A DNA stretch of 61,197 nucleotides, the filler included. It is 4 parts of 4 records of this genome, joined end to end, with 100 filler letters (N's around TTAATTAATTAA, not from the genome) between each part and the next. Parts side by side here need not be neighbours in the genome. Positions count along the whole stretch, not along the records: positions 27,340 to 47,143 come from DRR378314_1143; positions 47,244 to 55,865 come from DRR378314_1147; 2 more parts are not named here. One strand, 5' to 3'. The translations under genes and the position numbers were made by a program. A model generated the notes under the pieces. That model was not told the DNA's origin. It saw only the letters and a program-made list of their open reading frames with translations, and searched no databases. Shown here piece after piece: positions 40,204 to 49,650 of the stretch (positions are counted from its first letter, which is position 1; each line of letters begins with the position of its first letter).

Positions 40204-41196
40204 TTAGTCACGGAGCGCGCCGACGCGGGCGAAACGCTGGCGGTAATGGCTCGGCGACAGGCCGGTATGGCGCTTGAACAGCCGCGAAAAGCTGCTCACG
40301 TCCTGGTAGCCCACCTGCTCCGCCAGATGGCTGAGGTTGGTGGCGCCGCGCTCCAGCATCTTGCGCGACGCCTCGATCCGCACGCGCTGCAGGTACTGCA
40401 GGGGCGGCTCGGCCAGGGCGCTGGTGAAGCGGCGCTGCAACTGGCGCGGGCTCAGGTGCACGCGCTCGGCCAGCTCCGCCAGGGTGGCCGGCTGGGCGTA
40501 GTGCTCGTGCAGCCAGGCCTGGACCTTCTGCACCTGCTCATCGCGGTGGTAGGTCTTGGCCGGCAGGCCGGCGTACACGCTCTGCGGGTCGTTGCGCACG
40601 TCGATCACGAACGCCTTGGCCAGCTCCCGGGCCATGTCGGCGCCGCAGAAGCGCTCCACCAGCAGAATGGTCAGGTCGCGCCAGGCGGTGCCGCCGCCGG
40701 CGCAGAAAATATTACCGTCGCGGGTGATCAGCTCGCGCTCGTCCAGGTTTACCCGCGGGTAGCGCTCCCGGAACAGCTGGCTGTAGCCCCAATGGGTGGT
40801 GGCGCGGCGGCCGTCCAGCAGACCGGCCTCGGCGAGCAGGAACGACCCGGTGCAGTTGCTGGCCAGATCGGCGCCGCCGGCGTGCAGAAAACGCAGCCAC
40901 TCCAGGGTGTCGCGTTCGGCATGCAGCACCTGGGTGATCTCGTTGCCGATGGTGGGCACCACCACCAGGTCGCACTGGTCGACCCGCTCCAGGGCGGTGT
41001 CCACGGCGATGCGCATGCCCGCGGTGCAGCGCACCGGCTCGCCGCCACGGGACACCATCTGCACCTTGAACTGGCGGTTTAGCGGCTGCCCGTGAATGCG
41101 GTTCCAGGTCACGCCGGTGAGGTTGAGCAGATCCATCACCCCGGTCAGGGCGGACGCGAAAACGCCGTCGTAGGCGAGCACGCTGACATGGTACAT
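40204..41196 (-). CDS. GlxA-family AraC regulator with DJ-1/PfpI domain
   Basis: CTGSFLLAEAGLLDGRRATTHW followed by AraC HTH (SPRQLQRRF, VGYQDVSSFSRLFKRHTGLSPSHYR). Confidence 0.95.
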   Translation of the reverse strand: MYHVSVLAYDGVFASALTGVMDLLNLTGVTWNRIHGQPLNRQFKVQMVSRGGEPVRCTAGMRIAVDTALERVDQCDLVVVPTIGNEITQVLHAERDTLEWLRFLHAGGADLASNCTGSFLLAEAGLLDGRRATTHWGYSQLFRERYPRVNLDERELITRDGNIFCAGGGTAWRDLTILLVERFCGADMARELAKAFVIDVRNDPQSVYAGLPAKTYHRDEQVQKVQAWLHEHYAQPATLAELAERVHLSPRQLQRRFTSALAEPPLQYLQRVRIEASRKMLERGATNLSHLAEQVGYQDVSSFSRLFKRHTGLSPSHYRQRFARVGALRD

Positions 41197-41214
41197 CGTA
41201 GGTAGGGCCCCGCT

Positions 41215-41251
41215 TTGTCGTAAATCACCATGAATAAGTCATGGGCGACAA
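41215..41251. promoter_or_regulatory. nested inverted repeat, candidate operator upstream of the GlxA-type regulator
   Basis: TTGTCG...CCATGA-ATAAG-TCATGG..CGACAA. Confidence 0.5.
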
Positions 41252-41311
41252 TACCAGTCCGGGGCGGTCGCTGCCATCATAAGCGCCATCCTGACACAGA
41301 GCCGCGCTGGT

Positions 41312-41410
41312 TCTTACAGAGTCGCATATCGTCATCAGGCTCGGGAGCCTGCTTCGGCAGGCACGCTATGACGGTAATTTCGAGCCCCGCTCCCCGCGGG
41401 GCTTTTTTTT
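41312..41410 (+). ncRNA. structured small RNA candidate resembling Pseudomonas P15 (5' end uncertain)
   Basis: ATCGTCAT/ATGACGGT stem enclosing a GCCTGC-TTCG-GCAGGC hairpin, then a plus-strand terminator AGCCCCGC-TCCCC-GCGGGGC-T8, with no plus-strand gene here; P15 similarity is from recall. Confidence 0.6.
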
Positions 41411-41417
41411 GCCCGCT

Positions 41418-43766
41418 CTACAGGTTCAGGTAGCGGTTCAGGTCGAGAATGCCGGCCTGGGTGGGCTGATGGGCTTCCATGTAGCGCAGCGGCGCGTGGA
41501 AGTGGGTCCAGAAGTCGGTCTGCGTGCGCCGCACCCCGAACCGTTCCACCAGGGCGGTGAAATCCTTCTCGCTCTCCACCGCCTGCATGGCCCCGGCGAA
41601 CGCGCTCAGATCATCGTGTGCGACCCGGAAGATGAAGTTGGGGTAGCTCAGCAGCACACCGGGGTAGACGGTCAGGGTGTCCTTCTCCGGCTGGTAGCGC
41701 AGCGACTCGCCGAACATGAACGCCACGTTGGAGTGGGCGCGGTTGCGAAGCAGCGAGTACACCGCCTGCTCGCCGTCGCCGTCCACCAGCAGCAGGCTGG
41801 CCTCCGGCATATGGTCGACCACCGGCAGGCGCGCCGCCGGCTGCGAGGCGATGGCGCTGAGCGCCTGCTCCACGTCCCGTTCCAGGGCGGTGGCGTCGGC
41901 GCGGCTGCAATTGTCGCCGCCGCACCGGTTGATCGGATCAGGGCGGACGTTGAGGGCGCCGAACTGGCTGAGCAGGCCGGCGTTGAATTCGTTCATGGGG
42001 GTGGCGCTGTGGTAGTCGATCGCCGTGGGCACCTCGGTGTCCACGTCCTCGTAGCTCACCAGCAGCTTTAGCTGGCCGGTTTTCTGGTACCAGTTCTTGA
42101 GCACCTGCTTGCGGGTGTCGGCGGGCAGGAAACGCAGGGTGTTCTGCTCCGCGCCGTTGCGGATCAGGTCGAAGTAGAGCCGCGTCTGGGCCTTGTGCGA
42201 CACCGAACCGAACACATCGAAGTTGGCCACCAGGCTGTAGTAGGTGCGCTCGAACAGGGGATAGTCCATCACCCAGCTGGTCAGCGGGTAGTCGCCGATC
42301 AGCCCTTTGCGCACCGAGGAGTTGTCGTGGTGGCGGAAGATGGTGAGCAGGGCGTTGGGGTTGCTGCCCTCGCCGTCCCAGATGTCGTTCCAGCCCGGGC
42401 CCTGCGGTTGTTCGGCGCGGTAGGCCTCGGCCCGTTCCCGCAGGTAGTCGTTGCGGCGCTTGGTGTATTTGATCCACTCCGGGCCCAGCTTGAGCAGGCT
42501 GTCTTCCTGGCCGGGCAGGGCGATCAGGCCGGAGACCCGGGCGCGATAATCGGGGTCGGTGATGTAGAGGTCGTGGTCCGGGTCCTGGAACACCGCCCAG
42601 AAGCGATCACGGATCACGTCGGTGGCGATCTGTCCGCGGCACACCGGCCCACGGATAAAGGTGCGCACGAAATACTCGGCGTCGTCGAGCATGATCTGGT
42701 AGCGCGCCCGGGCGGGCAGGGCGGCGAAGGTGGTAAAGGGGTTGGCCTTTTCCTCTTCGCTGTAGCCGGGCAGGGTGTCGATCTCCCAGGGCGTGTCGAA
42801 CAGCAGGCTTTCCATGCGCCGGCGTTTGGCGTCGCTGAGCGCGAAGGTGATATGGGTCTTGTGGACGAGGGTGCCGGTGACCGGGCGCAGGCGATACCAG
42901 AAGCGCTCGCCCGGGTCGTCGTTGGGGCGCCGGGTGGCCACCGGCCGCACCGGTTCGCCGGGCGGTGTCAGGGAGCGTTCCAGGGTGAAGAAATGGTCCG
43001 GTTTGCGGTCCTCGCCCTGGTCGAAATAGAGGTGCGCCAGGAACAGGTGCTCATAGAGCCAGCGGGCGGCCAGTTGCTGGCGCTTGCCGTCCCGGTTGAA
43101 CCAGGTTTCCCAGCCGCGCACCTGCTCGCGCTCCCGTTCGGACAGGGTGACCCGGTCGTCGCCGGGAGGGGCGCCCTGGGCCAGCCAGGTGCGCAGGGTG
43201 TTGAATTCGTCGTCACTGAGGGCCGGCGTGCCCAGCGGCATGCCGCCCAGAGGGTGCTCCTCGGCGTAGTCGTCCATTTCGTCCGGCGCCGGGCACTGGT
43301 TGTCCCGCTTGAGGCCCAGGGCGATCTCTTCCGGCAGGCGCTCACCGGGCTCGAAACGGTGGGCCCGGCCCAGTTCCAGCATCCGGTAGAGCAGCGATTC
43401 CTCCAGCCCGCGTTTGCTGTCGATCACCGAAAAGAAGCCGCGCTCGCGCCACTCGGCGGTGGTTTGCGCGTCGACGAAAAGACGGGTGGGGTCGGCCGCC
43501 TCGGTACGCTGGGCGTACACCGACATGGACGAGGCGCCGCGGTCGAGGCCGGCGGCGGTTTCCAGTTTCAGCTGGCAGGGCGCGTCGTAGCAGCCGTGGC
43601 AGGCGATGCACTTCTGCTCGATGACCGGCCGGATTTGCTGGTTGAAACTCACCGGCGCGACGGGGGCCGGGGTATCGGACGCCGCCGGCGCTTCATCGCA
43701 GGCCGCAAGCAGGGGAAGAATCAGCAGTAAGGCCCCGAGCAAGGGCAGACGGGTGGTTTCGACCAT
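41418..43766 (-). CDS. cti: fatty acid cis/trans isomerase (periplasmic cytochrome c-type)
   Basis: Lipobox LAAC, KCIACHGCYDAPCQLKL heme motif, YEHLFLAHLYF, FIRGPVCRGQIA, C-terminal LDLNRYLNL. Confidence 0.96.
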   Translation of the reverse strand: MVETTRLPLLGALLLILPLLAACDEAPAASDTPAPVAPVSFNQQIRPVIEQKCIACHGCYDAPCQLKLETAAGLDRGASSMSVYAQRTEAADPTRLFVDAQTTAEWRERGFFSVIDSKRGLEESLLYRMLELGRAHRFEPGERLPEEIALGLKRDNQCPAPDEMDDYAEEHPLGGMPLGTPALSDDEFNTLRTWLAQGAPPGDDRVTLSEREREQVRGWETWFNRDGKRQQLAARWLYEHLFLAHLYFDQGEDRKPDHFFTLERSLTPPGEPVRPVATRRPNDDPGERFWYRLRPVTGTLVHKTHITFALSDAKRRRMESLLFDTPWEIDTLPGYSEEEKANPFTTFAALPARARYQIMLDDAEYFVRTFIRGPVCRGQIATDVIRDRFWAVFQDPDHDLYITDPDYRARVSGLIALPGQEDSLLKLGPEWIKYTKRRNDYLRERAEAYRAEQPQGPGWNDIWDGEGSNPNALLTIFRHHDNSSVRKGLIGDYPLTSWVMDYPLFERTYYSLVANFDVFGSVSHKAQTRLYFDLIRNGAEQNTLRFLPADTRKQVLKNWYQKTGQLKLLVSYEDVDTEVPTAIDYHSATPMNEFNAGLLSQFGALNVRPDPINRCGGDNCSRADATALERDVEQALSAIASQPAARLPVVDHMPEASLLLVDGDGEQAVYSLLRNRAHSNVAFMFGESLRYQPEKDTLTVYPGVLLSYPNFIFRVAHDDLSAFAGAMQAVESEKDFTALVERFGVRRTQTDFWTHFHAPLRYMEAHQPTQAGILDLNRYLNL

Positions 43767-43809
43767 GGGTCCCTCCGGTTCAAATCGCCCGCGCAGTTTA
43801 GCGGACTGC

Positions 43810-44265
43810 TCAGAACATGGACATCATGGCGGCCGCCCAGGCGATCACCAGGGCCAGCACGGCGGCGGCGGTAAGCAGGTGGCGCAGGTGCCGGTACCAG
43901 TCGGGCAGCACCTCGAAAAACACCATCTGCTCGGAGCCCCATACGAACACCAGGCCGGCGATCAGCATCGGCAGGCCGAATTCCACCGGCAGCATCACCG
44001 CCAGCCAGCCGATCATGGCGGGCATGATGCCGAACAGCAGCGTGCCGATATGGTTGCGCTGGTCCAGGTCGGCGAGCGCCCGGCCCCAGTGCACCGCGCC
44101 CAGGAAGGCCAGAATCACGGCGGCGTAGCCGGTCACCGAGTCCAGCGCCCAGGCACGCAGGCCGTCGTGCCAGGTCAGCAGCGCCAGCGCGTAAAAAGGG
44201 AGAAGGCCGCCGATGCCAAGACCGCGGGCCATCATTTTATTTCGTCTCAGGAAACGGTCGGACAC
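43810..44265 (-). CDS. DUF3429-family membrane protein
   Basis: GLLPF, YAAVILAFLGAVHWG, PDWYRHLRHLLT. Confidence 0.87.
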   Translation of the reverse strand: MSDRFLRRNKMMARGLGIGGLLPFYALALLTWHDGLRAWALDSVTGYAAVILAFLGAVHWGRALADLDQRNHIGTLLFGIMPAMIGWLAVMLPVEFGLPMLIAGLVFVWGSEQMVFFEVLPDWYRHLRHLLTAAAVLALVIAWAAAMMSMF

Positions 44266-44360
44266 CGGTATGTTCCCCCTTGGTGATCCACGGCGTCGAG
44301 GTTAAAGCCGTCGGGGTGAAGGGGCTGCCAATCTTTTCAGGGCCGGGTTCAGGCTACGCC

Positions 44361-44864
44361 TCAAGGCTCATCGGTGAAAGCGGGCATGGGAAACGGGGTT
44401 AACGTTTTCGGCAGATAAAGCGGATGGGCGGGCTCGCCGGAGCCGTTCAGGCGCAGGCAGTGCAGCGCGGGCAGCTGGCGGCGCACGTACTCGGCGCGGT
44501 CGCCGGTGCGGCCATGGTTGCCCCAGCCGGCCACCACCAGGGCGGCGTCGCGGCTGAGGCGGCGCAGCCAGGCATCGTTGCGCGGCCCCACCGGGTCGTC
44601 GGCGGCGAACAGATCGCGTGGGTAGGTGGCGCGGAACGCGAACAGGTTGGCCACGCACAGGCCGGAATAGCCCCAGTCACGGGCAAAGCCGATGCAGCGG
44701 CGGATGGTGGGGTCATCGCGGCGGTGGTCGGCGGTGGAGGGGTTCAGGCCCACCAGCAGGACGTAGTCGTCGCCGGGCGCCCAGCGCCGCCACAGCGCGT
44801 AGCGGTAGCGACGGCAGCGTGAGAAATTGGCACTTCTTTCCATATCCGCCTTCCAGGTGGTCAT
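44361..44864 (-). CDS. DUF1643-family protein
   Basis: SRCRRYRYALWRRW, GLNPSTAD..DDPTIRRC, NLFAFRAT, AGWG, PAHPLY. Confidence 0.92.
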   Translation of the reverse strand: MTTWKADMERSANFSRCRRYRYALWRRWAPGDDYVLLVGLNPSTADHRRDDPTIRRCIGFARDWGYSGLCVANLFAFRATYPRDLFAADDPVGPRNDAWLRRLSRDAALVVAGWGNHGRTGDRAEYVRRQLPALHCLRLNGSGEPAHPLYLPKTLTPFPMPAFTDEP

Positions 44865-44935
44865 GGCGGGGCAGTTTAATGATTTGCCAGACTGGCGCCA
44901 CCTCTCGACCTACCACCGCTCAGGAAGCCGTGCCC

Positions 44936-45661
44936 ATGGAATTCATTGATGTGCTCAACGCCCGCCACAGCGCCCGGGCGTTCACCCGCGAGCCGATCCC
45001 CGAAGACCGCCTGCAGCGCGTGCTGGAGCGCGCCGCCGCCGCACCGAGCTGGTCCAACACCCAGCCCTATCAGATCGCCCTGGCCCAGGGCGCCGATCTG
45101 GCCGCCCTCGGCGACGAACTGAGCGAGCGCTTTGAGCGGCTGGCGCCGCTGCAGCGGGCGCCGGCCTGGAAGAAGGCGCTGGCCGCCGTGCGCCGGTCGC
45201 CGGCGCTGCCGGACGGCGATTTCCGGCCGGTGATCAAGTACCCGGACGACCTGCAGCCGCGCCGCGTGGCCACCGGCAAGGGGCTGTACCGGCACCTCGG
45301 CATCGGCCGTGACGACAAACAGGCGCGACACCAGCAAATGGCCGCCAACTTCCGCTTTTTCGGCGCGCCCACCGCGCTGTTCCTGTTCGTGCACAAGGGG
45401 TTGGGGGTGTACAGCGTTCTCGACGCCGGCATTTTTCTGCAAACGCTGATGCTGGCCGCCACCGACGAAGGGCTCGCCAGTTGCGCCCAGGGCGCGCTGG
45501 GCCTGTGGCGCTCACCGTTGGAGAAGCGATTCCGGATTCCTCGTCACTACCAGTTGCTGTGCGGTGTGTCTTTGGGCTTCGCCGCCGACCAGCCGGTGAA
45601 CCGCTTCCGGCCGGAAAAACTGCCGGTGTCCGAGCTTATGATCCCGCGCCGCGAACGCTGA
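44936..45661 (+). CDS. nitroreductase family protein
   Basis: RHSARAF, AAPSWSNTQPY, NFRFFGAP, DAGIFLQTLMLAA..GLASC. Confidence 0.93.
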   Translation: MEFIDVLNARHSARAFTREPIPEDRLQRVLERAAAAPSWSNTQPYQIALAQGADLAALGDELSERFERLAPLQRAPAWKKALAAVRRSPALPDGDFRPVIKYPDDLQPRRVATGKGLYRHLGIGRDDKQARHQQMAANFRFFGAPTALFLFVHKGLGVYSVLDAGIFLQTLMLAATDEGLASCAQGALGLWRSPLEKRFRIPRHYQLLCGVSLGFAADQPVNRFRPEKLPVSELMIPRRER

Positions 45662-45772
45662 GGGACGCGAAACGGTTTTCCAAACTTTTTACTTATTTCA
45701 CCCACGGCGCGCCTTGAAAACAGGCACTCTGGAGATCAGGCATGGATTACACGGATGAGAAAGGAGAGATTG

Positions 45773-45982
45773 ATGAGCGAGCACGTTTATAAAAAACTCG
45801 AGCTGGTAGGTTCTTCCAAGGACAGCATCGAGGACGCGGTACGCAACGCCATCGCCGCGGCGGGCAAGAGCGTGAACAATGTGGAGTGGTTTGAAGTGCA
45901 GGAGACCCGCGGCCATGTGGAAAACGGCCAGGTCGCCCACTTTCAGGTGGTCGTGAAAGTGGGCTTCCGGGTGGATACTTAG
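45773..45982 (+). CDS. dodecin (flavin-binding protein)
   Basis: HVYKKLELVGSS..SIEDAVRNAI, WFEVQETRGHVENG, FQVVVKVGF; AAGGAG RBS. Confidence 0.95.
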   Translation: MSEHVYKKLELVGSSKDSIEDAVRNAIAAAGKSVNNVEWFEVQETRGHVENGQVAHFQVVVKVGFRVDT

Positions 45983-47143
45983 ACCGCCTCGAGCCCGAGT
46001 GCCCGCTGACAAACGCGGGCGGTACGCAGCTGGTGCAGTTGGCGGGTGCTGAGGCCCTCCGGCAGCTGCACCGTGCTGTGGTCACTGTGAATACGGATGG
46101 CGCCGATCTGCGCGCTGGATAACCCGCCTTCATTGGCGATCGCGCCCACCAGATTGCCCGGGCGCACGCCGTGGGTCTCGCCCACCTCGACCCGATAAAT
46201 CTTCATCGGACCGGTATCGCGAGCGGCCTTGGGGCCCTTGTTGCGTTCGGCCTTGCGCGGTGCCTTGCCGCCATCCTGGAACGGCTTGCCTTCCGGTGCC
46301 GCCTTCAGGAACAGAGGCTCCTTCTGGAACAGCAGGCTGGCCAGTACCGCCGCCAGATCCGCTTCACTCATCGACAGGTCCGCGGTCAGTTCCGCCACCA
46401 GGGCACGGTTGGCATCGATTTCCGGATGCTCCAGACCCTTGGCGAGACGCTCGCGGAAGCTGTTCAGGCGCTGCTTGTTGAGGTCGTCCACGGACGGCAG
46501 GGACATGGCGTCCAGGCGCTGGCCGGTGGCGCGCTCGATGCCGCGCAGCATGCCCTGCTCGCGGCGGGCCACGAACAGAATCGCTTCGCCGGGGCGGCCG
46601 GCGCGGCCGGTGCGGCCGATACGGTGCACATAGGCTTCCGTGTCGGTGGGCATGTCGTAGTTGAACACGTGGGTAATACGCGGCACGTCCAGGCCCCGGG
46701 CGACCACGTCGGTGGCCACCAGCAGGTCGATGCGCTTGTCGCGCAGCCGGGCCACGGTGGTTTCCCGTTGTGCCTGGGGAATGTCGCCGTTCAGCGCCTC
46801 CACGCGGAAACCACGGCCCTGCAGTTGGTCCGCCAGGCTCAGGGTGGCGTGCTTGGTGCGGGTAAAGACGATCACACCGTCGTGCTCTTCCGCTTCCAGA
46901 ATACGGCACAGCGCGTCCAGTTTGTTGATGCCGGCCACCGGCCAGTAACGCTGGCGGATGTTGGCGCCGGTGCTGGAGGACGAGCCCTCCACGCGAATCC
47001 ATTCCGGGTTCTTGAGGTGTTTCTTGGCGATGGTTTTGATCGCCGCCGGCATGGTGGCGGAGAACAGCGCCAGCTGGCAGGCGTCCGGGGTGCGTTCCAG
47101 CACCCAGCGCACGTCGTCGATGAAACCCATGCGCAGCATTTCG
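45979..47143 (-). CDS. DEAD-box RNA helicase with DbpA-type RNA-binding C-terminus (DeaD-like), 5' truncated
   Basis: MLRMGF, FSATMP, ATDVVARGLD, YVHRIGRTGRAG, PGNLVGAIANE. Confidence 0.93.
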
Positions 47144-47243
47144 NNNNNNNNNNNNNNNNNNNNNNNNNNNNNNNNNNNNNNNNNNNNTTAATTAATTAAN
47201 NNNNNNNNNNNNNNNNNNNNNNNNNNNNNNNNNNNNNNNNNNN
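47144..47243. other. artificial contig spacer
   Basis: 44 N + TTAATTAATTAA + 44 N. Confidence 0.99.
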
Positions 47244-48576
47244 TTCCAGATACTTTACCATTTGAGATCTCAAGCACTGTTTCTATGTGCTGTTTAACGA
47301 CACTATTTAGCGAAAGTGATAGGTTAGCATTTGGATTAATTTGCCTATTCAATGGCTGGGTTAAATTAATGACAGCATGTTTAGATAAAATAGCTTCTCG
47401 TTCTAATACATTCTGTAACTCTCGAATATTACCTGGCCAATCATATGCTTGAAGCTGATTTATGGCCTTATTGCTTAAACCTTTTAATTGCTTACCTAGG
47501 CGTTTATTTAGTTGTTGAACAAGGTTAACACTTAGCAGTGGTATGTCTTCCTTTCGCTCTTTTAATGCAGGTACGCGAATTGGAAATACATTTAAACGAT
47601 AATAAAGATCGATTCTGAAACGCCCTTGTTCAACCATTTGCCATAAATCACGATTAGTCGCTGCAATAATTCGTATATCAACAGTGAGCGTGGTACTTCC
47701 ACCAACGCGCTCAAACTCGCGTTCTTGCAAAACACGTAATAACTTACTTTGTGACTCTAGTGGCAACTCCGCGATTTCATCTAAAAACAATGTGCCATTA
47801 TCCGCCAGCTCAAAGCGGCCTTTACGACGCTCATTTGCCCCTGTAAACGCTCCTTTTTCGTGACCAAACAATTCGGACTCTAATAAACTGGGTGTAAACG
47901 CTGCGCAGTTAACTTTTATAAATGACTGCTTAGACCGGTTACTTAAACGATGAAGGTTACGTGCTACTAGCTCTTTACCTGTTCCATTTTCACCGAGGAT
48001 CAGTACTGTGCTGTCTGTTGGGCTAACTAATTTAATTTGCTCTAACATTGCTTGAAATACATGGCTTTTGCCGACTAAACCTGAATCCTGCCAATCCTCA
48101 TTTAACTGCGCTGTAAGGTACGTATTTTCGTCTTTTAATTGTTCACTCAAGGCACTTACTTGTTTAAGAGCATCGCGTAACGCTTGCTCTGTCTCATGCT
48201 GCTTTGAAACATCGCGAAATATAGCGACAGCACCAATTAATTGTCCGTTTTTATAAACGGGTGTTGATGTGTACTCAACTGGGAATTGGGTGCCGTCTTT
48301 ACGCCAAAATACTTCATCTTTAACGTGCCTATGAACGCCATCAAACATTGTGCAATAAATTTGGCATTCATCTGCAGGGTAAGGCGTTCCATCTGCATGG
48401 CTATGGTGATGGTATTGATGAATTTTTTTTCCTAGTAATTCACTTGCTTGCCAGCCAGTCATGCGCTCTGCTGCTGGATTTATAAACACCGCGTTACCGG
48501 ATAAATCAAAGCCGTAGATCCCCTCGCCCACTGCATTAAGTAATAAAGTTGGGTCATTCAAAAATTGTTTGATCAT
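47244..48576 (-). CDS. PAS-domain sigma-54-dependent activator, 3' truncated
   Basis: PAS ([22 protein letters not shown]), [38 protein letters not shown]. Confidence 0.95.
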
Positions 48577-48708
48577 AAAAAATGCTCTCGCGATATATCA
48601 CGAAACTTTAGCATTTCTACTCTTTATTTACACTTTTACTTACAAAATATATTTTTATTCACTGGGCGTACCCATTATGATAAAGAAAAACAATAATGTA
48701 GAGCTACT

Positions 48709-49650
48709 ATGTCATTAACAATTTCGCACTTAGAAAAACATTATGCTAGCGTAAATGCAGTAGACAAACTGTCGTTTGAAGTTCATCAAGGTGAAATATT
48801 TGCGTTGCTTGGCCCAAATGGGGCCGGAAAGTCATCATTGGTTAAAATGTTGGTTGGCTTTACTTACCCAGATGCTGGTGAAATTAAGCTGGTTGATGAA
48901 AATCAATATTATTCATCAATTCCTGCACAACTCTTAGGTTACTTACCTGAAGATAGAGGGTTATACCCTGAAAAAACATTAAAACAAAACTTACAGTTTT
49001 TTGCGCTGTTACATGGTGTGTCGAATCAAGATTTTGAACAGCGGTGCCAACATTGGTTGAAGAAGTTTAGCCTATACGATCGTTTAAATGACCCGTTGAA
49101 GTCTTTATCAAAAGGCAACCAACAAAAAGTTCAGCTTATTACAGCCATATTGCATGAACCTAAATGGGTAATACTTGATGAGCCTTTTTCTGGCTTGGAT
49201 CCCATTAACCAAGAGTTGGTGGTGGAGTTTTTAGCTGAGCTGAAACAACAAGGTATGACTGTAATACTCAGTGCCCACCAAATGGCTATGGTAGAAAAAC
49301 TAGCCGACAGAGTGCTGCTGCTTAATAAAGGCCAAAGCGTGTTATACGGTAAGCTAAGTGAGATCTTTACTCAATACAACAACAATATGATTGATGTCAT
49401 CTTTAGCGAAACTATTGAGAAAACACAACTTGAAGAGCTTAATTTTACCTGCGCCATCAAACAGCTCTCTTCAATGCGATTAACCATTACGTTAACTGAG
49501 CAACAATCACTCAATGAGGTGCTGCCGCAACTGCTTAAGCTGGGTGATATTACTGAGTTAAAAAATCAATCACAATCACTACATGCTATTTATCTTCAGG
49601 CTGTTGCCGAGCATAATTCGCACGCTCACCAGGAGAAAAATGATGACTAA
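48709..49650 (+). CDS. ABC transporter ATP-binding protein (NatA/YhaQ-like)
   Basis: GPNGAGKS, GYLPEDRGLY, LSKGNQQK, ILDEPFSGLDP. Confidence 0.95.
   Translation: MSLTISHLEKHYASVNAVDKLSFEVHQGEIFALLGPNGAGKSSLVKMLVGFTYPDAGEIKLVDENQYYSSIPAQLLGYLPEDRGLYPEKTLKQNLQFFALLHGVSNQDFEQRCQHWLKKFSLYDRLNDPLKSLSKGNQQKVQLITAILHEPKWVILDEPFSGLDPINQELVVEFLAELKQQGMTVILSAHQMAMVEKLADRVLLLNKGQSVLYGKLSEIFTQYNNNMIDVIFSETIEKTQLEELNFTCAIKQLSSMRLTITLTEQQSLNEVLPQLLKLGDITELKNQSQSLHAIYLQAVAEHNSHAHQEKNDD

Noticed and set aside
41326..41345. PrrF sRNA (shares TCATCAGGCT)
   Set aside because: No Fur box upstream, and the remaining PrrF core sequence does not match.
41230..41433. 67-aa plus-strand ORF as a protein gene
   Set aside because: No RBS, it reads through the terminator and overlaps the cti stop; RNA structure explains the region better.
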